A stretch of 64,000 bases of DNA from Thermococcus sp. (GTDB taxonomy: Archaea > Methanobacteriota_B > Thermococci > Thermococcales > Thermococcaceae): the NCBI RefSeq assembly GCF_026988555.1, contig NZ_JALSLB010000059.1, positions 21,003 to 85,002 on the forward strand. Reading direction: 5' to 3'. Shown piece after piece: positions 10,006-19,458 of this stretch (position 1 is its first letter; every line of letters starts with the position of its first letter). Made by a program: the position numbers and the translations under genes. The notes beneath the pieces are model-generated. The model saw only the letters and a list, made by a program, of their open reading frames with translations, was not told the origin of the DNA and ran no database searches.

Positions 10006-10560
10006 GTGATCGAAGTGGAGATAAAAGGGTACGCAGATGATGAGGTGTTTGAAAAGGTCAGAAAGAATTTCCAGCTGATAAGAAAAGAGTATCATGAGGA
10101 CACGTACTACTCCCACCCCTGCAGGGACTTCTCAAGCACGGACGAGGCCCTTAGGATAAGAATCCGACGTTTCGACGGCCATTTCGAAGCATTCCTCACT
10201 TACAAGGGACCGAAGATCGATCAGCATTCCAAGAGCCGTGTGGAGATAGAGGTCCCAGTAAACGACCCGGATAAGCACGCTGAGATACTCAGGAACCTGG
10301 GGTTCAGCGAAGTCCTGACCCTCGACAAAGTCAGAGAGAAGTACTACGTCGACAAAGGTGTTGTGATAGCGCTCGACGAGGTCTCCGGCATCGGGAAGTT
10401 CGTGGAGATCGAGACGTTCACCGAGAGGGAGGAAGAAGTGCCCCGGAAGGTATCGTTCCTCAAGGAGGTGCTGAGTGATCTAGGGGTCAAGCAGTTTGAG
10501 AGGAGGTCGTACCTGGAACTCCTGCTCGAAAAGGATGGGAACCATGGGAAAACTGGATGA
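10006..10560 (+). CDS. CYTH-domain protein (class IV adenylate cyclase / triphosphate tunnel metalloenzyme family)
   Basis: 184 aa with a GTG start 6 nt after GGAGGTG. The N-terminal EVEIKG (ExExK) CYTH signature is present, with alternating charged beta-strands (LRIRI, VEIEV, FVEIE). Confidence 0.8.
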   Translation: MIEVEIKGYADDEVFEKVRKNFQLIRKEYHEDTYYSHPCRDFSSTDEALRIRIRRFDGHFEAFLTYKGPKIDQHSKSRVEIEVPVNDPDKHAEILRNLGFSEVLTLDKVREKYYVDKGVVIALDEVSGIGKFVEIETFTEREEEVPRKVSFLKEVLSDLGVKQFERRSYLELLLEKDGNHGKTG

Positions 10561-11356
10561 GTTCTTCAAACCACTGAAACGTGAAAGGGAAAAATCGGAG
10601 ATAGAGGTACTTGAGGACATAGAGGGATACCTGCGTTCAGGGGACATCACCTCCGCCATTGATGCTATCAACGACCTGGAAAAGGAAGCCAACGTGTACC
10701 TCGCACTGAGGATGGTGCTTGGGGCGATCAGAAAGAGGTTAAATACGGGGCTATCCCCGGAAGAAGCCAAGGATCTCCAGGCGATCGTCAAGGAAGTGAT
10801 ACCACTTATAAACGGCATATTCAACGGCAGGTTTAAGGCCATTTTACTGGCCGACCTGGCGATAATACTCTACTCACTAGACGACGAACTCAACGCTGAC
10901 ATAGCACTGCGCACGGCGATCAACCTCGCCGGAGAGGAAGGTGACCTTCTGAGGGACATCCTCAGGGGGTTGATACACAGCGGCCTGCTGGACAAGGCGG
11001 GCTACGCCATGAAGATGGTGAGAGAGGGGCGCAAGCTCGATGTCATTCTCTCGGAGCTGGCGGAGATGTTCTACAGGGCGGGCGATGTTAGGAGGGCCAC
11101 GACGATAATCAAACACATATCAAGCCCGTTCCACAGGGCGATGGCACTGGCAAACATAGCCGAGCTTGAAGCCAGTCGTAACAGGGAAAAGGCACTTGAA
11201 CTCCTGGATGCAGCCATGAAACTGGCCGAGGGCATCGATGATGATGAAACCCGTGTTGAGCTTGGGATGAAGCTGTACTCACTCCGACAGGAGGTAGAGG
11301 GGAGCGGTTTCAGTCTCAGGAGGATCTTAGCTCGGAAAGGAGCTCCTCCGGATTGA
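10544..11356 (+). CDS. Hypothetical alpha-helical repeat protein (TPR/HEAT-like)
   Basis: The ORF overlaps the CYTH gene end. The start is probably ATG 10535 or 10544 (MGKLDEFF...). The sequence is strongly helical and repetitive. I recognise no catalytic motif. Confidence 0.6.
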   Translation: MGKLDEFFKPLKREREKSEIEVLEDIEGYLRSGDITSAIDAINDLEKEANVYLALRMVLGAIRKRLNTGLSPEEAKDLQAIVKEVIPLINGIFNGRFKAILLADLAIILYSLDDELNADIALRTAINLAGEEGDLLRDILRGLIHSGLLDKAGYAMKMVREGRKLDVILSELAEMFYRAGDVRRATTIIKHISSPFHRAMALANIAELEASRNREKALELLDAAMKLAEGIDDDETRVELGMKLYSLRQEVEGSGFSLRRILARKGAPPD

Positions 11357-12167
11357 TGAAAAGCCTTCTGAGCTTTCCCCTTTTCCTGAGCTCATGGGAC
11401 ACCTCCAGGCTTGCTGGAATCCTGACACCGAGCCTCTCCAAGAGTTCGACCTCCTCCATGACTTCAGCGGGGGTTCCTTCAAGGACCACCCTGCCCGCGT
11501 CCATCACAAGAACCCGGTCGGCGTGTCTAAGGATGTAATCGGTGTGGTGCTCCACAAGGACGATGGTTATCCCGTGCTCCCTCCTCAAAAGCGAGAGAAG
11601 GCCCAGCACTTCATTCTTGCCCAGAGGGTCAAGTTGTGAGGTTGGTTCATCCAGAACAAGTACCTGCGGCCTCATGGCGAAGGCCGCGGCTATTGCAAGC
11701 CTCTGTTTCTGGCCCCCACTCAGGTTCGGAGGGAATTCATTTTCAAGCCCTTCAAGCCCCGAGACCTTCAGTGCCCACCTGACCCGTCGCCATATTTCAT
11801 TGGGATCAAGACCCAGGTTCTCTAGGCCGAAAGCAACCTCCTCCTCAACGGTCATGTTGAACAGCTGACTGTCCGGGTTTTGGAGTACAAGCCCCACTAG
11901 TGAGGAGATTCTTGAAACGGGGGCCTCCCTGGTGTCCAGCTCTTCCCCATTGATGCCCCTAACGACCACGCGTCCCTCGAATTCTCCTTTTATGGAGTTC
12001 GGGATAATACCGTTGAGGGTCAGACAGAGGGTCGATTTACCGCTACCGCTTGGACCGATCACACCCAGAAACTCGCCCTTCTTAACATTAAAGCTCACGT
12101 CTCTGAGGGCGTAATCGCTGGCTCGCCGGTATTTGAAGCTCAGGTTCTCCACGGAGATAACGTTCAT
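11316..12167 (-). CDS. ABC transporter ATP-binding protein, ECF/CbiO-like, with no cognate permease nearby
   Basis: Walker A GPSGSGKST, Q-loop region QNPDSQLF, signature LSGGQKQR and Walker B VLVLDEPT are all present. Its ATG overlaps the TrkH stop (ATGA at 12164-12167). Confidence 0.9.
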   Translation of the reverse strand: MNVISVENLSFKYRRASDYALRDVSFNVKKGEFLGVIGPSGSGKSTLCLTLNGIIPNSIKGEFEGRVVVRGINGEELDTREAPVSRISSLVGLVLQNPDSQLFNMTVEEEVAFGLENLGLDPNEIWRRVRWALKVSGLEGLENEFPPNLSGGQKQRLAIAAAFAMRPQVLVLDEPTSQLDPLGKNEVLGLLSLLRREHGITIVLVEHHTDYILRHADRVLVMDAGRVVLEGTPAEVMEEVELLERLGVRIPASLEVSHELRKRGKLRRLFINPEELLSELRSS

Positions 12168-13645
12168 CTCCTCTTCACCACCCGTGGGGCCAGGAAGAAG
12201 ACGCTGAGTATGAAAACCAGTGTAGAGAATACCTCAAGCCTCCCGACCCACATGTGCATTATCAGGAGCAGCTTCATGTCCAGAGGAAGGGAAGGAGAAG
12301 TGATTCCAACGCTCAATCCAACGTTGCCTTGAGCGGAGGCGATCTCAAAGAAGGCATCCACCAGTTTAACGTGCAGACGGAGCATCGTGTAAACGGTTCC
12401 AAGGAGGAGGATCGCGAGGTACGTCATCGTAAAGCCCATGACCTCCTGGACGTCCGACTCCGTGAAGACGTAGTTGCCGACCTTTCTTTTGATGACCGCA
12501 CCCTTGGGAAGTATCGCCTGCTCCAAGGTCCATTTAAGACTCTCATACATAAGGGTGATGCGGATGAGCTTTATACCGCCTGCGGTGCTTCCAGCACCCC
12601 CTCCTATGACCATCAGGATACCCAGCATGAACTTCGCGAGCTCCGGGTAGTGGGAGAGGTTCGCGATTCCAAAACCGGTACACGTTATAGCCGATACCGA
12701 ATGGAACACCGCCTGTCTCAGCGCCTGGGACACCGTATCACCGGACTGAAAGAGGGAGAAGGAGATTATAGCAATGGTCGGGATCAGGAAGAGGAACATG
12801 TACCTGACCTGGATGTCATCGAAGAAAGGCTTCAGGTGTTTGTCCCTGAAAACACGGTAGTGAACCGTGAAGTTGACGGCGCCCATTATCATAAGGAATA
12901 TTGTCACGGCCTCAATGGCGGTGCTGTGGAAATAGCCGATACTCTGGTCGTGACTGCTCATACCACCGGTCCCAAGACCCGTCATTGAGTGGACCACGGC
13001 ATCGAAGAGGTTCATACCGTTTATGTAGTAGAGGTACACACCAAGCACCGTGAGGACGGCGTATATCGCAAATATGGCCTTGGCGGTGTTCACAAGGTTC
13101 GGGAGGATCCGCTCGGTTCTCGCCTCTGCCTTGTAAAGTCTGGCGGCCGCCACCCCTGGCCGGATGAGTATCGTGAGTGCCACAAGCACGATGCCGACCC
13201 CACCAAGCCACTGCATCCACGCCCTCCAAAACAGCAGGATATGGGGATAGCTCTCAAGATGGCTCATCATTGTCAAACCGGTTCCGGTCCATGCACTCAT
13301 GCTCTCAAAATACGAGTCTATAAATGACATCTTGGCTATCTTCATGAAGGGAACGACGCTTACGGCGGATGCGGTGAGCCATACGAAGGCCGCGGATATC
13401 ATCGCCTGTCGGAGGTTGACGTCCTCCACCTTGCCCATGTGTCTTGAGAGCCACGCCCCGAAGAGTATGCTTAGGACACCGGGTACCGCAAAGTAAACGG
13501 AGTACCTGATTTCATCGGGGTAGAACCACGTGAGGAGCACCGGGAACAGGTAAGCGATGCCAACACCTTGAAGTATGACACCTATCAGGTTCTTCACGAC
13601 AAACAGGTCGTCCGCTATGTTGATGTACTTTCCAAGCTCCCGCAT
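12164..13645 (-). CDS. trkH: TrkH/KtrB-family potassium uptake membrane protein
   Basis: About 493 aa from the ATG at 13645 (MRELGKYINIADD...), polytopic, with repeated selectivity-filter-like motifs (SAWTGTGL, MTGLGTGGM, AITCTGFG, SAQGNVGLS). The track start at 13810 would run across the map promoter region. Confidence 0.85.
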   Translation of the reverse strand: MRELGKYINIADDLFVVKNLIGVILQGVGIAYLFPVLLTWFYPDEIRYSVYFAVPGVLSILFGAWLSRHMGKVEDVNLRQAMISAAFVWLTASAVSVVPFMKIAKMSFIDSYFESMSAWTGTGLTMMSHLESYPHILLFWRAWMQWLGGVGIVLVALTILIRPGVAAARLYKAEARTERILPNLVNTAKAIFAIYAVLTVLGVYLYYINGMNLFDAVVHSMTGLGTGGMSSHDQSIGYFHSTAIEAVTIFLMIMGAVNFTVHYRVFRDKHLKPFFDDIQVRYMFLFLIPTIAIISFSLFQSGDTVSQALRQAVFHSVSAITCTGFGIANLSHYPELAKFMLGILMVIGGGAGSTAGGIKLIRITLMYESLKWTLEQAILPKGAVIKRKVGNYVFTESDVQEVMGFTMTYLAILLLGTVYTMLRLHVKLVDAFFEIASAQGNVGLSVGITSPSLPLDMKLLLIMHMWVGRLEVFSTLVFILSVFFLAPRVVKRR

Positions 13646-13674
13646 GGACCCACCGTAGGTTAAGGGTCTCACCG

Positions 13675-13685
13675 TAATATAAAGG
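13675..13685. promoter_or_regulatory. Candidate shared TATA element for divergent trkH (-) and map (+)
   Basis: TAATATAAAGG lies about 30 nt upstream of the trkH ATG (13645). It lies about 60 nt upstream of the map GTG (13743, RBS GGTGAT at 13732). Confidence 0.35.
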
Positions 13686-13739
13686 TTTTCTCCCATGGAA
13701 AGGTTTAAGGGGTTCTGGAAAATCCCCCTTTGGTGATAG

Positions 13740-14630
<891 letters not shown>

Positions 14631-14744
14631 CCCCTCTTCTTCTATTGATATCCCTCTGAAGGGCGCGTAAACGTGGGGTGGAAGGGAGGGAATTGGACAA
14701 CCCTTCCGGGCTCGGCAGGTTGCAGGGAAGACGCAAACTTTGAG

Positions 14745-14830
14745 TGGCGCCGGGGCAGGGATTTGAACCCTGGTGGGCAGAGCCCACTGGATCTCGAGTC
14801 CAGCGCCTTCCCAAGCTAGGCTACCCCGGC
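14745..14830 (-). tRNA. tRNA-Ser (anticodon CGA), CCA encoded
   Basis: Hand fold: acceptor GCCGGGG/CCCCGGC, D stem GCCT/AGGC, anticodon stem CTGGA/TCCAG with loop CTCGAGA. It has a long variable arm (GGGC/GCCC), T arm CAGGG-TTCAAAT-CCCTG, discriminator G and CCA. Confidence 0.92.
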
Positions 14831-14854
14831 ACGTCAAGGGCAGTACCTCGCGGG

Positions 14855-14870
14855 CTTTATATCCTTTTTG
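14855..14870 (-). promoter_or_regulatory. BRE/TATA promoter of tRNA-Ser
   Basis: The minus strand reads CAAAAAGGATATAAAG. The TATA is centred about 27 nt upstream of the mature tRNA 5' end. Confidence 0.6.
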
Positions 14871-15015
14871 TTAAGCATTTATATTTAACATGTCGAGTAT
14901 ACAGGCTACATAGAACCCGCGTACAGCCCAAGTGTCCAACAACCACATTATAAAGACCACTGCAAAGGTTTAAATCCACCAGTGCCGTAGTATACTAACG
15001 AAGGAGGTGGCAGGA

Positions 15016-16191
15016 ATGGTCGGTATTCCGGTGCAGGAGGTTATGACCGAAGGCTACAGAAAAGTGGACATCGAGGCACCGCTTTCTGAGGCGATAGGAA
15101 TCTTCGAGAAGGAAGACCCTGACCTGATTCTTGTGTTTGAAGGGAAAAACTACAAAGGTGTCCTGACCCAGGACCTCATAATTCGCTCCCACCTGAAGTG
15201 GGACCCGACCAAAGCCAAGGTTAAAGACGTTTACAAGCCAGCCCCCGTTATCGGGCCGGAAGAAGACGTTAGCAAGGCGGCCAAACTGATGATGGAGGTT
15301 GACCTCAGATCCCTGCCGGTTGGCCCGGACAGGAATAAAATAAGGGGAGTTATAAGCGATGTGGCCCTCCTGGCAAAAGCGGCCGAGAAGGAGTTTGGAA
15401 AGAAGAGCATATCCGAGTACATGACGCAGGACGTCATAACCCTCGGACCCGGCGACACAGTGGCGAAGGCATTTGCAACGATGAGGGACCACGCAATATC
15501 CAGGATACCAGTGGTCAACGGGGAGGGACGGCTTGAAGGACTCGTTACGCTACACGACCTCATAATACGGTTCATCAGGCCACGCTTCAAAGCCCAGCTC
15601 GGAGAAGTCGTCGGGGAAAAGGTTCCCCCCTTCAGCACGCCCCTGAGGGACGTCATGATACGGGGGGTAATAACCGCCCGCCCGGACTCCACGGTTAGGG
15701 AAGCCATAGAGGTAATGAGGGATAACGACATAGACGGCTTAGTGGTGGTAGATGAGAGTGACCGCGTTAAGGGTGTGCTAACCGTTAAGGACCTCCTGCT
15801 CCCGATATCAAGGATGGTCGAGAAGGAGGCGAAGTTCTACCTGCAGCTCGGAGGAGATGCGGCGATCCTGAGCGATTTCACGCGGGAGCGGATTATAGAG
15901 GATGTTAAACGTTTCGTGAAGGGGTACGAGGACATGCTGGGAAACGAGGGGATCATCTACCTTTACATACGGCGCTTCAACGAAAAGTTCCGTGGCGTGC
16001 ACCTGTACCAAGCAAGGATGCGCGTGGTTACAGATAAGGGAATCTACATAGCCACGGGAGAAACGTGGGGGGCCATACAGGCTGTTCATGACGGTCTACG
16101 GGCAATAGAGAGGCAGATACTCCAGAAGGTGGAGCTGGAAAAGGACAAAAGGTACTACAAGCGGTTCCTTGAGAGGATGGAGCTCGGGTGA
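15016..16191 (+). CDS. Four-CBS-domain protein with a C-terminal HPF/RaiA (S30AE)-like domain
   Basis: The ATG at 15016 lies 6 nt after AGGAGGTG. Four CBS motifs cover residues ~5-270. The C-terminal ~120 aa resembles ribosome hibernation factors (see finding). TATA AAAGGTTTAAATCC at ~14964. Confidence 0.85.
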   Translation: MVGIPVQEVMTEGYRKVDIEAPLSEAIGIFEKEDPDLILVFEGKNYKGVLTQDLIIRSHLKWDPTKAKVKDVYKPAPVIGPEEDVSKAAKLMMEVDLRSLPVGPDRNKIRGVISDVALLAKAAEKEFGKKSISEYMTQDVITLGPGDTVAKAFATMRDHAISRIPVVNGEGRLEGLVTLHDLIIRFIRPRFKAQLGEVVGEKVPPFSTPLRDVMIRGVITARPDSTVREAIEVMRDNDIDGLVVVDESDRVKGVLTVKDLLLPISRMVEKEAKFYLQLGGDAAILSDFTRERIIEDVKRFVKGYEDMLGNEGIIYLYIRRFNEKFRGVHLYQARMRVVTDKGIYIATGETWGAIQAVHDGLRAIERQILQKVELEKDKRYYKRFLERMELG

Positions 16192-16197
16192 GGGGGC

Positions 16198-17301
16198 TCA
16201 GCCCCTTATGAACTCCCTTTCTAGGAGTTTTTCCTGCCTGGGATCCAGTGAATCCGGGTTTATCGTCAGTATCACACTTCCACCCCGCGCCATGAGCAAA
16301 TCCTTCAGGGTGGTCAGAAATTTAAAGGCGGAGTCAAACCCGTTTTCCACCGCCATGTACTCGAATGCATCAACGCACAGTATCCTGTACCCCTTGTTTA
16401 CTGCCTTGGCGACCAGATCAAGCAGTATCCCGATGTTCGTCGGGCTCACGGCATAAATAGCCGGTTTCTCGTTTATAAGCCCCTCTCTAGCCCTCGTAAC
16501 CCAGAAAACGAGAGCATCAGGGTGGAGCTGGGCTTTCAAAACCTCTGGATCCTCCCTGGTTACCATCACAAGGGCAGGGTCCACCATCAGGCTTCCAAGG
16601 CGCTTTCTGATCCCCTCCCTGCTCGGAAACATGTACGCACCGGGTGTTATGTCCACGATACGTGCGCTCTCCGGTTCCCCGATGGGATAGAATATGAACT
16701 TTAAAGCTCCAAGGGCCGCCGCCAGCCTGAAGAGAGCCGCCGCGAAGAACGCCATGGTGGAGTACCACTGTACTGAACGGCCCACAGGGTAGGTGAGGTT
16801 GAGTGCACCCAGGAGCATCAAACCCCAGGGGAACAGCTCCTCGATATGGTGCCTGGGCACCACATAGTCGCGGAGGACAAACCCAAGATATATGAGCGAG
16901 AGCCCCAGGGCCAGAGACGGGAAGGAGGACTTAATGGCAAAGTTGTCCTCACCAAAGGCGTTGGCAGCAAGGAGGAACAGCCATACGTAAGAGGCAACCG
17001 CAAGAACCCCAAACAGCACCACGTGCCGAAACTCACTCTTCTTGTACTTCAGGTGAAGCGCACCCCATGACAGGAGGAGGGCTATGGCGAAGTTTGGTAT
17101 CTTGGAGGCCACATCGTAGGCCCCCTTCACGATATGGATCCCCAGAGGGTTAAGGATGTAGCTTTCAATGTTCAGACCGTCAATAAAGAACGCCATTGAG
17201 AGGAGAGCCCAGCTCTTCTCGTGGGTTTTTGCGGCCTTGTATGCAACGGCCATGAAGAGAATCCATCTGGAGACCAGGTTAAGGAGGGAAATTGGATTCA
17301 A
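16198..17301 (-). CDS. Membrane protein with a C-terminal DUF835-like cytoplasmic domain
   Basis: 367 aa. About 7 N-terminal TM helices are followed by a soluble domain (VFWVTRAREG...GYRILCVDAFEYMAVENGFDSAFKFLTTLKDLLMARGGSVILTINPDSL). From memory this is typical of Thermococcales DUF835. Confidence 0.75.
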   Translation of the reverse strand: MNPISLLNLVSRWILFMAVAYKAAKTHEKSWALLSMAFFIDGLNIESYILNPLGIHIVKGAYDVASKIPNFAIALLLSWGALHLKYKKSEFRHVVLFGVLAVASYVWLFLLAANAFGEDNFAIKSSFPSLALGLSLIYLGFVLRDYVVPRHHIEELFPWGLMLLGALNLTYPVGRSVQWYSTMAFFAAALFRLAAALGALKFIFYPIGEPESARIVDITPGAYMFPSREGIRKRLGSLMVDPALVMVTREDPEVLKAQLHPDALVFWVTRAREGLINEKPAIYAVSPTNIGILLDLVAKAVNKGYRILCVDAFEYMAVENGFDSAFKFLTTLKDLLMARGGSVILTINPDSLDPRQEKLLEREFIRG

Positions 17302-18584
17302 CCCTTCATCCCCCTCAAGATCTTTTCCTGTTTCACAACGACGAGCGTGCCTGAGGGCACGTTCTCATCAACGATCACACCCGGCCCGATAAAGGAGCCG
17401 CTCCCTATCTTCCTGCCGGGGTAAATCGTAACGTTTATCCCAACTTTGACGCCATGCCCTATTATTGCCCCCAGCTTGTGCCTGCCACTATCCTCAAGTC
17501 TGCCCTTCACCTCAACCCGAATGTTGCCCCTGTCGTGCCTGAGGTTGGCGGTTATAGTTCCAGCTCCCAGGTTGGTGTTCTCCCCTACTATTGAGTCGCC
17601 GACGTAGTTCAGGTGCGGTGCATTGCTACCGTCCATTATGATGGAATTCTTGACCTCCACCGCGTTGCCCACGTGGCAGTTGTCCCCGATGCTCGTGTAC
17701 GGGCGGATAAAGCAGTTGGGTCCAATCTTGGAGTTCCTTCCTATCTTAACAGGACCCACGATGTATGCTCCGCTCCTGACAACCGTGCCCTCCCCGATCT
17801 CAACCGGCGGGACTATTGTGACTCCCTCCTCCACGGTGCCCATGACTCTGTGTTCCAGTTTGTTCTTCAGAAGGTACTCGTTAAGCCCCAGGAGGTCCCA
17901 CGGCCGTCCTATGTCGTTCCAGTATCCTCCGTACAGGGCGTGGACAACCTTTCTACCCGCCCCTATCATGAGGTTAAGGGTGTCCGTTATCTCGTACTCC
18001 CCCCGCTCGCTCAAGCCAGTTCTTTTAATGAACTCAAAAACAGCGGGTCTGAACGCGTATATCCCTAGGTTGGCGTAGCCGGGTACTTTTCCAGGTTTCT
18101 CCTTGACACCTTTAACGAGATCCCCCTCAACATTGACCTCCCCGAAATGGCTGAGATCATCAAAGTGCTTCAGAACGAGGGCCACATCGGCATTCTCCCT
18201 CCTGAAAACGGATATCAGCTCTTTAATTGCTTCGATCTCAAAGTAGATATCCCCGTTAACCACGATAAAGTTTTCATCTCCAACGTGGCCCTCCGCGGAT
18301 TCTATAGCCTTTGCCGTCCCGTTACCCGGGAGCTGTTCAACGTACGTTATCGGTTTTCCGTTGAATTCGTCCCCAAGGGTTTCCACAAGCTTTTCCTTCT
18401 CGTACCTGACTACCATCACAAATTCATCTACAAAGGGGTCAAGATTCTCAAGGACGTACTCCACTACGGGCCTGTTGGCGACCTTCAAAACCACCTTAGG
18501 CCTGTCATCGGTAAGGGGTCTAAGTCTTTCCCCCCTTCCAGCTGCGAGGATCACTCCCTTCAAATTATCACCCCCACTACGCAC
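17298..18584 (-). CDS. Bifunctional sugar-1-phosphate nucleotidylyltransferase / acetyltransferase (GlmU/ST0452-like)
   Basis: N-terminal NTP-transferase motif GVILAAGRGERLRPLT, with C-terminal left-handed beta-helix hexapeptide repeats. The start is uncertain: GTG 18584, or TTG 18563 (TTGA overlap with the upstream stop, preceded by GGGGGTGA). Confidence 0.85.
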   Translation of the reverse strand: MRSGGDNLKGVILAAGRGERLRPLTDDRPKVVLKVANRPVVEYVLENLDPFVDEFVMVVRYEKEKLVETLGDEFNGKPITYVEQLPGNGTAKAIESAEGHVGDENFIVVNGDIYFEIEAIKELISVFRRENADVALVLKHFDDLSHFGEVNVEGDLVKGVKEKPGKVPGYANLGIYAFRPAVFEFIKRTGLSERGEYEITDTLNLMIGAGRKVVHALYGGYWNDIGRPWDLLGLNEYLLKNKLEHRVMGTVEEGVTIVPPVEIGEGTVVRSGAYIVGPVKIGRNSKIGPNCFIRPYTSIGDNCHVGNAVEVKNSIIMDGSNAPHLNYVGDSIVGENTNLGAGTITANLRHDRGNIRVEVKGRLEDSGRHKLGAIIGHGVKVGINVTIYPGRKIGSGSFIGPGVIVDENVPSGTLVVVKQEKILRGMKG

Positions 18585-19360
18585 ACTAAAACGGCGGTTC
18601 CACCAAACAGCAGGGAAAACCTCCTATTTCCAAGCTTCTCCGCCAGCATAAGAAGACCGTTCATCAGCAGCAGGCTCACCACAAAGGCGGTAAGGAAGGC
18701 GGAAAAGGCGACCGGCATGGGAGGAGTGGGTGGACTCCCAGTGAACAGAAGGCGGAGAGTCATGAAAACTGGGGCCATCATAAAGCTTAGCTCCAATGCC
18801 CTCTTGGCACGAAGGCCACCGGCTAACAGCGAACCCACTGTCAGGACAGGCCTTGATAGACCGCCCACCGCAGCAAAGCCCTGGGCAATCCCCGACACAA
18901 TGGCGTCCATAAGGGACGGATCATCGGGATGCCCCTTCATTTCAACGTTGATATTGCCCGCCAAGGGACCAGCGAAGGCACAGAGCATTATAAGGAGACC
19001 TACAACCGCGTTAACGGCGTCAGCCATCACGGGGGATAACCGTGCCTTCAGACCGGCGTAGAGAACGAAGCCCACGAGAATGGTGAACATCGAGGAATAG
19101 AACAGGAACTTCATCTCCACCCGGACGTCCCTGAAAAGAAGCCTCCGCAAGCCCTCTGAGATCTCGTTTCTAAAATGGTACAGGGCAGCCATCAGGGCGC
19201 CGAGGTACGCTGGGATAAAATATCCCCCGTATCCAGTGAAGCCGGAGAGTAATGAGGTTGCAAAATTACCAGAGTCGCTTACGGGAAGCCATGGTGTCAG
19301 GCCCCAGAGAATTCCAGCTATCAGTGCGGCACCGTACCCCATAGTAACCACGAAAGACAC
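18560..19360 (-). CDS. UppP/BacA-like polyprenyl-diphosphate phosphatase homologue, divergent motifs
   Basis: 266 aa, polytopic. GLTPWLPVSDSGN aligns with the canonical GLTEFLPVSSTGH, and GFAAVGGLSRPVLT aligns with the canonical PGxSRSGxT. Several catalytic positions are substituted (see finding). Confidence 0.65.
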   Translation of the reverse strand: MSFVVTMGYGAALIAGILWGLTPWLPVSDSGNFATSLLSGFTGYGGYFIPAYLGALMAALYHFRNEISEGLRRLLFRDVRVEMKFLFYSSMFTILVGFVLYAGLKARLSPVMADAVNAVVGLLIMLCAFAGPLAGNINVEMKGHPDDPSLMDAIVSGIAQGFAAVGGLSRPVLTVGSLLAGGLRAKRALELSFMMAPVFMTLRLLFTGSPPTPPMPVAFSAFLTAFVVSLLLMNGLLMLAEKLGNRRFSLLFGGTAVLVCVVGVII

Positions 19361-19458
19361 CTCAACACCAGAAAAGATAAAGTTTTCGAAGGTGCTGGCG
19401 AACCTTTAAATACTCGCCCGAAAAGCTAATCACCGCGAGAAAACAAGAGGTGAGAGAG

